Positions 1 through 10,500 of a DNA stretch of 64,000 nt are shown here, in pieces. The stretch lies in the NCBI GenBank assembly GCA_964035545.1, contig OZ037766.1, positions 22,742,767-22,806,766 of the forward strand. The letters are read 5' to 3'. Source of the DNA: Bugula neritina (taxonomy: Eukaryota; Animalia; Bryozoa). Position 1 is the first letter of the stretch. Each line of letters begins with the position of its first letter. The notes under the pieces were generated by a model. That model did no database searches. It had not been told where the DNA came from and was given only the letters and a program-made list of their open reading frames with translations. Position numbers and translations under genes: made by a program.

Positions 1-171
1 TAATAAATAAAACATTTTAAAAATTGCATATAATTATTATGTTGTCATCGTGTAGCACACAGCAATTGTCTACCCCATTAAATTTATAACCTATTTAGTC
101 TGGGTGATATCATAATTCATCCAATTTTAAATGTAAAAAAGAATACAATATGAAGAAAAAAATTATTGTAC

Positions 172-2928
172 CAGTAAAGGCAGTTTCACCGCCTGACTCA
201 ACGTCATCCAGATAGACTAGTACAGTGGCAAATCTGTCCCGAAAATGGGAGTTATCTTCTACACAATCTGTGTGTTTTTTATAACCTGAAATCAATCAAA
301 ATAGATATAGCAATCATAGATAAATAGCATTTACAAGTATGCAAATGTCTTTTTAAAGAAATAATTTATACCAATATGCTGTGGATAAGATGTAATTTGA
401 AATTTTCCACCATTTTCCTGTTTTAATGAAGTTGTTTCCTGGATGAGAGCAGCCATTTTCTTTGAGAATGTTGACTCTCCGAAATAGAAAGCTGTACTGT
501 AGCTCCAGTTGTAATTCAACCAATCAGCTACTTGTAATGAGAATGTCTCATTCAGACAGTATGTACCTAAACAGTAATAAATCTATGTGTCACATCAAAT
601 GTTATAAAGAGAAACAAATAAACATCAAGTGGCAAACATTAAAAGAACACCTCCAAATGTAAACTGTGCAAGACATTAAAATATTTTAGTTCAATAAAAA
701 TTCATTTATCACATAACCAGCAGCAAATATCAGCAGAAAACATTGCTTTGTTACACAAAGTTAATTTCTAGCTATAGTTGGCTGCAAAAAGCAGGCACAG
801 CTGAATGTGTACAATATTGTAAAGGCTTTAGCAGTACCCATTACCGTGTACAATATGAAGAGTGCAGCACACATACAGTTTATCAAAAAAGTTGAAAAAA
901 GAGAAAAGTAAATGCCTACAATAGTGAACTTGAAACAGTGCAGAGAAAAAATCTAACAAGAAGCAAAAAAAAATGTATGGCAAATCAAGCACACAACACA
1001 GTAGAGATCTGATACCAATCTGTAGACAGAAGAGAGGTCACAGCTGCAAGTAGAAAGGTTACATTGCGGAAAACTGCCTTGTAATAAATGTTATGTGCTA
1101 GACATGTATATGTATGAAGGTATATGTAAAAAAATGAGCTGACTTGACAATTATATTATGCAGTCTTCATCGTTTTACAGTATTGAGAAATTTAGTTACA
1201 TGTACATGTAGTTTAACTTATCATAATATTGTATTGCAATCATATAAAAAGCTAGTATAGCACATACTTATAGAATGCAATATGACTATACACCTTCAGT
1301 AAAATCCGAAGCAGAGACTGTGACATGTGATCTGTTGACACTGTCTAAGTTTAGCCTCAGTGTCTGTAGGTTTTCAAAGCACAATATGGGGGATTGTGTG
1401 CTCCCTGACTTTACATGCTTGTTATGCGCAGACCTCAAACCATCGCATTCATCAGCAGACAGAAAATCCTCGAACATAAAGACCCTGCATGCAATATTGA
1501 ACAGACATTCTTCAAACATATTTTTTACACAATTGAAGCGGAATTTTAGTTATTATGATACTAAATTGCCTGAAATGTGTTTTTATTCACTGCACCATCA
1601 CACCAACCATAAATGAAATAATGAGAGCTCACAAAAAACAACACAGGGCACTTCGACTCATTTGCCAATGGGTAGTAAAAACTAGCAGCTATGTATACTG
1701 CTGCAGTAGCAGCGATGTGCCAAGCTACCGATAACTATAAAACTATGGGCAGGTTAGGAAAATCCATAACTATAGGTCCTATAAGTTGCAAGCAGTGTGT
1801 AGGAATCAGGAGCTATATAAAACACAAGATTTGTTTACCGGCACAATTTAATCAACTCAAATTCTTGAATTTTAAAGCTGCCAAATTTTTTTTCACACTT
1901 AAATGATAAAATATCTTTTGCCCTGGTACACAAAAATTTTCCCTCTGTCTCAGTCAAAACACTTCACAAAATTCTTTCTGCAGATTACCTGCAGAGCTCA
2001 TTTCTTTTGAACACCATTCAATAGCTATTAGTTCATTGGTTAAAGGTACGTATGTGGTTTACTGGGAACTTGTAACATTTTGAAAACATGATATGAACTA
2101 TAATTCTATGTTAAACATTGTACTGCAATCCAGTGATGGTGTAACAAATAAGCAATACTTTATTTCTGTATTTAACATGAGTATATTAAATACAGGATTG
2201 AAATAAGTTATGCCAAACAGCACATCTATATAAAAGACAAAAATCTAGATTAGACAATAAATAGAGATCTTTAGTTAAAAATTATTAAATTCTGAATCAT
2301 TCAATAAGTAGAGTAAAAAATAGGCCATGATAGGAATATCATCTGTTATCCTTATTAACCATTTATTACGATATGTGCACGCAAGTGATACAAGCAAATG
2401 ACATTCTATCTGGTAACACCTGGCGCATAAAGTTTTATCTATGAATAACGTACATGCTCTCTGCAAGTTTAGGTATAAGGTATGGTTATTTAGTTACCTC
2501 ACAGAGTGGTTTCTAGAAATGTTGTTTTGTGGCAAAAGTTCTATTGGTGCAATCCTTCTTCCCTCTAAAAATATTTTCTTTACCTCCAATTGTTTTTGAA
2601 ATGTTGGAGAAAATTCAACAGCATTTTGCATATATTTTAAATTGGGTTGAGAAAGCTCTTTCTTAGAATTATCATTCTGCTTTTCTGCGACAATGTTGCT
2701 GGAAAAGTTAACTTTTTTATCCAACTTATCAGCGCTCATTAAACTTGAAAGCGTTAAGGTTATAGACTTTGTTGTTTCTGGTGACAATATCATTACGGAA
2801 ACAGTCAAAACTGCTAGCAATACTAGAATGCTTATACTAAAGATATAAGCATTTTGTGTCGGAAGAGTTTTACTGACGACTTTAGATTTTTTAACATATC
2901 GCTGACTTTTTCTTTTTGACATAACCAT
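172..2928 (-). CDS. Membrane-anchored prolyl 4-hydroxylase-like 2OG-Fe(II) dioxygenase (P4HTM/P4H-like); 5' part only, continues beyond the left edge
   Basis: Exons 2498-2928, 1294-1484, 372-566 and 172-285 join in frame through GT-AG introns. Basic N-terminus plus hydrophobic signal anchor (YIFSISILVLLAVLTVSVMIL), then VFMFEDFLSADEC, FQITSY, the Fe-binding HxD (GYKKHTD) and RFATVLVYLDDVESGGETAF, all typical of P4H catalytic domains. Confidence 0.85.
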
Positions 2929-3299
2929 AGTGATATTATGAAACTAAATATAATATTGACCAACACAGCAACTTGTTGAGTAAGCTAGTAATATCAAAAG
3001 TATGATGTTGGGGTAAAAAATATTAGTTTATGCCAATTTGATCATTTGATAAAGTTTGAAAGTAAATGAGAGTATTAGTTTATCATTAATTTTATTGCAA
3101 TTATTAATAATGTTTTTGGTTTAAATTTAACTTAAAGTTTTAGCATTGGATGTAATCAGATATTTATGTAGTTACTTGAGCCTGAGGCTGATAGCACTTA
3201 ACTTTAAGTTTAACAATAACTAATCTAAGTTGAACACCATCTGCTTAATACAGCATTAGTTCGTGTCAAGTCCTAAAAAAGAAATATGCAAGCCTAATT

Positions 3300-3867
3300 A
3301 CGTGAGTCTAGTTGTTTTAGAGCAGTGGGAGTCGATTAAATTTAAAAACCAAAATTGAGAAGGTACATATTACACTTGTTTCAAAAACCAAGTTTAATGC
3401 AAGGAAAGGAACTGTGCATCCACGCCTCCTTTGAAAAAGTAGCAACGTTTTAATTGAAGTTGTCACCGAAATTGAAATATGTAAATAAAAATGATTAGAG
3501 TATTAGCCAGAATTTCAAACGCCAAGGCTACACATTGACGTGTTTTTGTTATTAACATGTAAGTTTGTATAGAGTTATTAATCTAATGATGGTTCTAATG
3601 TTTAACCCGTAAATTTTGCCGTGTAATAGTCAATATATACGAGACAGAAAATGTAGAAATAGCATCCAAACAATTAAAAACAATCAACTCTCAAAAGAAG
3701 ATAACTCTATTAATATATAGCGTTGATCGAATTCAAGTAAAACGGATATCTGTAGCAATTTCTGCAGATAACTTCCCCTGTCATGGCTTCTAGCCCTCCA
3801 GAATTCTAAAATAATTCCTTGCAATTTCAGTCGATGTTGAACTTATAGCATTCCACCTTTGATTAAA
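3300..3867. promoter_or_regulatory. Inferred bidirectional promoter and 5' UTR exon region between the P4H-like gene and the AT-hook protein gene
   Basis: Divergent gene orientation. A higher-complexity, locally CpG-richer island lies between periodic AT-rich tracts. Strong plus-strand donor AAA|GTAAGT at 3868. Boundaries are approximate. Confidence 0.45.
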
Positions 3868-5080
3868 GTAAGTTTGTTTAGTATAAACATATTAAACTAC
3901 TTGGTTAATATTCATGAATCTGTCTTTGCAAATTTTACCTGATTATTAACGATGATTGTTCAAGTTGAAGTTACTAAAACTAAAAGTAAAACTTTTACTT
4001 TTAGTTTTAGTTTTAGTTTTACTTTTAGTCTTCTGCTTTTAGTTTTAGTAAAACTAAAAGTAAATTTAATAATTAATTTTAAAAGTAACAGTAAAACTAA
4101 AATAATAAATATAATTTTAATTGTATTAGTAATACTAATTTAGTTTTACTTTAACTCAACTTTAAGGTGAAGTTTTAGTTTAGTATTTTATTTATAATAA
4201 TAATATTAATACTAATACTAATAGTAATACTAATAGTAATAGTAATACTAATACTAGTTATACTTGATAGTTATACTTATAGTTATACTAATACTGATAC
4301 TAATAGTAATAGTAATACTGATTAGCCTACTTCTAATAGTAATACTAATAGTAGTAGTGCTAGGCCAAGTGGCAGTGCTATTATGTTAATATTTACTAGT
4401 AAAACACGCAATATTTCTAAAGTTAGAAGTAAAAGAGTAAAAGTGTACTTGTTAGTTGTTACTCAGCCTGTTGGTGTTGCTAAAAGTAAAACTAAATGAG
4501 TACGTGTCAATCTTTATAATGATAACGATAATCATAGTTATGATGCTGACAATCATAACTTACCTCATAAAATTAGAACGCTAGTAACACCTGCAGTTAT
4601 ACTGTAACTGGTAGCACCTCTTTTTATACTGTATATGCATTAAGTTATAATGAAGCATCTTTTTCACATAAATATTGGTATTTTATGAGGCTAAAATTTC
4701 TCTAAAATTTATTATGTTCCAGTAATTCTGATTTTTTTAATAAGTGATATGAAATGTGTTGGCCTATAACTTGAACAAAAACAATATGCAATTTTTGTGT
4801 AAAAACATTTGTTGTGTGTATAACAAACTTCAGTAAAATATTGACTATATTCAGTAAAAAATATTGACTAAAATATTATTGGTCTGATAAAAAGTAATTT
4901 GAAAGATAACTTATGTTGATTATACCTTCTGGTTCAATAAGAAAATTGTTCAATTTATTTAAACAGCCACTATCTTCCTTTAACATTACCATGAACTTCA
5001 GGTAATAAGTTAGAGAAAACAATTTATTGTTGGAAACAATGTCAAAAAACAAGCAAAACCTATTCTGATTAATTTTAGAG

Positions 5081-6256
5081 ATGATTGATTATGAACGGTA
5101 TGACCATACATACTGTCGAGTTGTGGCTGCTCCTAGTGATGTCATAACAGAGAAAGTCAATTATACACTACCTGCTGATGATATACTCATTGTCAATAAC
5201 TATGCCATGGAAACAACTGTGTCCACTGAGAAAGAAAATGGGACACAGCCAGCTCGTGAGCCTGTGATACTTTCGAGAGGTAAACGTCCCCGAAAAACTA
5301 ATCCTATCATTGTAAAGGCCGTAAACAAAGATGGTGACTCACTTCGAGTAAGTACAGTTGTTGCTCCTGTTACAGCTGTTTCATCTAACAGTTCTCATTC
5401 TATTGTTCGTAAAGCAGCACCTCCTGCAAATGATACTGAGGTCTATGAGGACAAAACTAACAATAAAAACTTGTTGTCGGCTACTGGCTCTTCATCTCAA
5501 ATAAAAATGAGCGCCGACAATAATGGTGAAGAAAAAGCAGAATTGTCTAAAAAAGATGATCTTGAAGAGGGTTTACCACAAGAACCTGTGGTTCCTCCAA
5601 CTAAATCAGGTCGAATGAGAAAGTTAACAGCTAAAGCTAAAGAAAACTCAGAATGGTCAAAGGCAAGTAAAAATTCAAAAGCGCAGAAAATTAAAAAAGG
5701 TTTGGAGAAGCCTGAAAACGCACAGAGACGTAGAGGCAGACCTCCGACAAAGAAACCATCAGCTGTTTCAGTGTCACCAAGTGACAATGCTCCTGACGTT
5801 GTTACTAATCTGAAAGAATCTACTATCAGCCATGAATCCAATAAAGCTAGCACTAAAAGCTCAACTGAAACTATGGTCGATGCTAGCAAATTTGCGACAA
5901 ACCAAAAGCCCGCTACAGGAAAAAAAAGAGGTAGAAAGCCGAAAATGGCATCTTCACAATCAGAAACACCTGCAATATCAGTTAAACCTGCCAAGCCAGC
6001 TGTTGGTCGTCCAAAGCTGGCGCCAGTAGTCAAGCAACCTGCTGTGAAAAAGAATAAGAAACAATCAAGTAAACCTGCCAAGTTAGTGGTAGTCACCAAA
6101 CCGCCACCTAAGCGCCGAGCTCAACAAGAAGCTGCACCTGAAAGTCAATCAAAAGTATCAAGAAAGCGAAAGCAAACATCTAATAACGATCATAGTATAC
6201 CATCAGCTAAAATAGACACTCGAAATATCATGGGTGGTTCACGTAGAAAAAATTAA
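5081..6256 (+). CDS. Uncharacterised Lys/Ser/Pro-rich disordered nuclear protein (391 aa) with AT-hook-like motifs
   Basis: Long uninterrupted ORF preceded by an acceptor (ttttag, 5073-5078). Splicing from the donor at 3868 places an in-frame TAA just upstream of ATG 5081. Motifs RRRGRPP, KKRGRKPK, VGRPK. AATAAA near 6292 and 6806. Confidence 0.8.
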   Translation: MIDYERYDHTYCRVVAAPSDVITEKVNYTLPADDILIVNNYAMETTVSTEKENGTQPAREPVILSRGKRPRKTNPIIVKAVNKDGDSLRVSTVVAPVTAVSSNSSHSIVRKAAPPANDTEVYEDKTNNKNLLSATGSSSQIKMSADNNGEEKAELSKKDDLEEGLPQEPVVPPTKSGRMRKLTAKAKENSEWSKASKNSKAQKIKKGLEKPENAQRRRGRPPTKKPSAVSVSPSDNAPDVVTNLKESTISHESNKASTKSSTETMVDASKFATNQKPATGKKRGRKPKMASSQSETPAISVKPAKPAVGRPKLAPVVKQPAVKKNKKQSSKPAKLVVVTKPPPKRRAQQEAAPESQSKVSRKRKQTSNNDHSIPSAKIDTRNIMGGSRRKN

Positions 6257-7582
6257 ATTATGAAACTGTACAAAATGTATCATGTTCAGCTAATAAACTC
6301 TCTAGTAGAAGTTGCATGTACAAAGCAAATTTAGATTTATTTGTACAATTTGTATATATAAATATAATAATTTTGCAGGCTTTTAGTGTGCATGCATATA
6401 TTCTGTTACTGAAACTGTATCTCAAAATACCTCACACTTATTTTTTCTGATTTGTGGTTAGTTAGAAATCAAAATAATGGCTGTTGTAAAAAGATGTAGC
6501 AATTCTTAGACACCCTTAATGCAACATACTATTTAGAGTAGGCTTAGTTGTAAATATATATTATATTTTGTGTAGAAATATGATTTACTTCAGCCTAATA
6601 TAAATTAATTTTATTGTTTATTTACATATTAGCTAAGCTTTATTTTCATTGTTTTTATGACCTTTGTTAATGTGTTGGTCTTTATGAAGTGTATTACTGT
6701 TCTATATTTAATGTATATATGCTTTACCCATAACTATTATACATTTTACTTCACTTTTCATTAAGATCTGTAAGTTGCACATATTTCAATTATTTAATAA
6801 ATTATAATAAAACGTCAACATAATGAGCTTTCAAAATGCAATAATCATTTATTTTCCTCTCCTCTTTTATTATTCATTTAAACATGTTATTGCTTCAAAA
6901 TTTAGAACATCAGAAAATATATTATATAGTAATACAATGAAAAAACTTGAAATTTGGTTTCCGAATGAACAGAAGCATGCATGCTGGTAATACCCATGAT
7001 AATTATAGGCATTTCACAATTGTGCTACATAGTAAAACAGAATAGTGACTTGTAGCAAGGAGAGGATATTCTTGAGCAAGGATCATTAACAGACTCAATT
7101 TTACATTTAAAAAAGAAGGGGGGGGGGGGGGTGGGGGTTCCGTAATTGCATTGATGACAACATGAAGTAAAAATATAAAGCAATTCTTGCATGTTAATAT
7201 GTTTTGTAGCTGCTCATGAATTGGTTATAGAGTAGTATCAGTCACATGCTCTAATTTTGTATAAGACAGTGACCGAATTCAGTGAGTGGTGGGCAATATG
7301 TATGAAATATATGAAAATTTAGTACGTTTCAATTGATGAAATTAGTGTTAAGAGCCTGAGATTGCCTTCACTCCGTAAATATATATAATATAGACATAAA
7401 CATATATGCACATATTAACTGTAATGATATTGCTTGTAACTGATAACATTATGTACTGTTATACTAACTAGAAACATGGAATAATTTATAAAAAATAATA
7501 GTAGGTGATCACATGGCAAAAAACTATATGGCACAACTGTGTTTTATATCCTACACATACATGCAATTAAATGTCACATGAT

Positions 7583-10500
7583 CTAGTCACAGGAAGTGGT
7601 TCGCTGGGATTGACCACCAGTATGTTTGGTTGGCATCACCTTTCCAGGATCTGATTGGCTAGATTCTGTCTTGGAGAGTGCATTATGCTGAGATCTGTGA
7701 GATGATGGACTAAACGTATTCACAACTTTTACTCCTTGACTGCCATAACAAGTAGAGCGCTCAACACTGCCAGGACTACAGCACACACTGTTCTTATTTA
7801 GCCGGGGAGAATGTTTAAAAGTTAAAGTAGAAGGACTAGAGCCTGTTTTCACTGAATGCACAGCAAGCTTGCTAGTTGGATTATGTGATGTGGGAGACAG
7901 TGTCATAGGAGATGGAGATGGTGTACGCGCCAACGGACTAAGTGGTATGTTGTGCACACTTTTACGTCTGCTAGGAGACTTCAGATTCTGCATACTCTTA
8001 CTGAGTCCTTGCAGAGTCCCTGGTCTAGAGGTGAATGAGTTAGCGGGAGAGTTGGGCCCACTAGATAGAGGTGAGGCACTTGCCGACGAGAAGGACTGTG
8101 ATAGCCCGATTTCTGGAGGTAAACGAGAGCTGCATCTGGGAGACATGAGCCTCGTCTCAAGCGATGGCTGCACCATATGTTCAACATTCCGCTTGCTTAA
8201 CGTCTAAAACACATGCAATTTTATAGCCATTTAATATACTGTACCATAGAGAGCATATTCTAGAAGATATAAATATGCAACAAAGAAAGCTCATAAATTT
8301 TACTATTGCACAGTTCCACTAATGGATGTTAATGGAATGGAAAAATTTAGCAATGGTTTTCAATTTTTTATAAGAATATAACTTCAAAATATAATAGTAC
8401 TAATAAAAACTTTCAAGACATTCTTAAAGAAAGAATTTGTTTAATGCCTTTGACTAATTCCGTAAATAAGTGCATCATAAAATAAGAATTGAACAGCTGA
8501 GTTTAGAAGCGCTTGTGCTGTAATCACAATTATGCATATCACTGAATGCATTTGCTAGATGGATATGGAGCATAGCAAGAATCAAAACTGCCAAGAGTTA
8601 TCACCACAGTGAAATAGTAAAGGCTTCATGCAAGGTTTAGGCTTGCAATTGAATCAATTTTGATGAAATAAATAATATTTTAAATTACAAACCAACATGC
8701 ATATGACTAGCGTGATCTAGTTTTTACACTACATGAAAAAACTGGATTTAAAAACGTAAAAATCAAGAATCTGTTATAAGTTGGTTGACAAGTGCTAAAA
8801 AGGGCAGCGTTGAAATCAGCCACTATAAAATCAAACTGCTGTTTACAAAAGTATACACATAGCCCCAACACTGCTCAACCAATCACAGTACACCAATACT
8901 TTGACAACACCTGTTTAAAACTGCCAAAGGTACGAGCTTATCAGTTTATTAAAAATGATGCTGGGCAAAACAGGCGAGTTTTTTACGAAAAACTTGCAAG
9001 TTTGAAAAGACCTCATTACTACACAAGCATTATTTACCTCAAAGTTATTTATATGTACAATATGAGAAAACCCAGAGTTAATGGACAGTAAATGTTTAGC
9101 CCTAATTCTTGTTGTGTGCAAAAAACTAACATTATTTTCTGCAGAGGTTATTAGGAAATGTTTTTGTTAGGAGGTTAAAGTACAAAATTACACTTCAGAA
9201 CAATAAAAAACACAACATTTAATGATTTTAAACATTATATTATTTTTGTGAAATTATATAAAATAAATATTAATTAGGTGCCTATGTTGAGTTTCTAAAT
9301 ATTTGACTTTGAAAATTTAGAATAATCTAGTGCATTTTTAACAATATGTTCCTATCAATTAAATACACGCTAATGCACTATAATTGCATATATTTGAAAC
9401 TTATATTATGTATGTACTGTATATGATTACAATTATTGGTAATTAGTAAATTCAACACATTACTCCTGGATAAAAACATGACTTCCAACAGAACTTAGAG
9501 AACGTAATTGAATAAAATTTATCTGTAGGCAAAACTCATATATTTAGTTCAGGGAGTAGAATCTAATGAACTTGCTTGCTGAAAATTTATAGACTTCATA
9601 ATAATGCACACTGTAAGCTCACTGGAGTTTCATCTACTAATAATGAGACTAGCAGCTGGCACATACAGACACAGCAGCATAAGATACCTTAACCACAATC
9701 TTGTACAAACAGCACAACTTTGCTAATAGCACTGTATTGGCTCACATGCCATAAGCATTGTATGAGCACAAGTGTTGTAAGCATTGTATAAGCACACATG
9801 CTATCAGTATTTTATAGGCACGTGTCCCATAGTTATTGTATGGGCATACATGCTGAAGCATTTCTTATGCACAGAAGCATTGAATCATGAAATATGCACT
9901 GAATTTTTCACCATGAATTGGTCAAGACTTAACAGAGATGATACTTAATGCTTTAATGTATGCCCATGATCATGGCGATAATTTCAGTGCACGGAGAAGA
10001 AAACACAAGGAAACCATGCCAACATAATCAGCTAGTTTTTAGGTGTGTGAAGAGAGGCATGGGAAGTTACAAATATTACATACGTTTTGTTCGCATTACA
10101 GCAACCTACGGGGTAAAGAAGAATGAAATACAAGCAGAAACAATAAAATACAAGCACACAACATGTGCCTACAACAAGCTACAGTTAGAAGTACAACATT
10201 ACAACTGCAGTGCATACAAATCACAACAACCATAAATAAAATACTAGAAACACATTGCACAGTGGCCATAATTAACACCACAGTTGTATGCAACTAACAC
10301 ACTGACTGATGGAATACACACCACACAAAACTGCTCATGGCCACTTTTTTCTATAGATGTTACATATCATGTTAACCAAACAGTTGTTACAACAGCAGTG
10401 TCCTAGTATGATAGCCAGAGAGCCATATGTCTACAACCAGGAGGTGGGAGGGGGGCACACAGACTAACTTCAACTCAGACTAATGTGAAGCCCTATACAC

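Noticed and set aside
3952-4143. 63-aa ORF (KTKSKTFTFSFSF...)
   Set aside because: Translation of the hexamer-periodic non-coding tract.
5497-6099. 200-aa minus-strand ORF
   Set aside because: Antisense shadow of the 391-aa Lys/Pro-rich ORF, with no independent coding signal.
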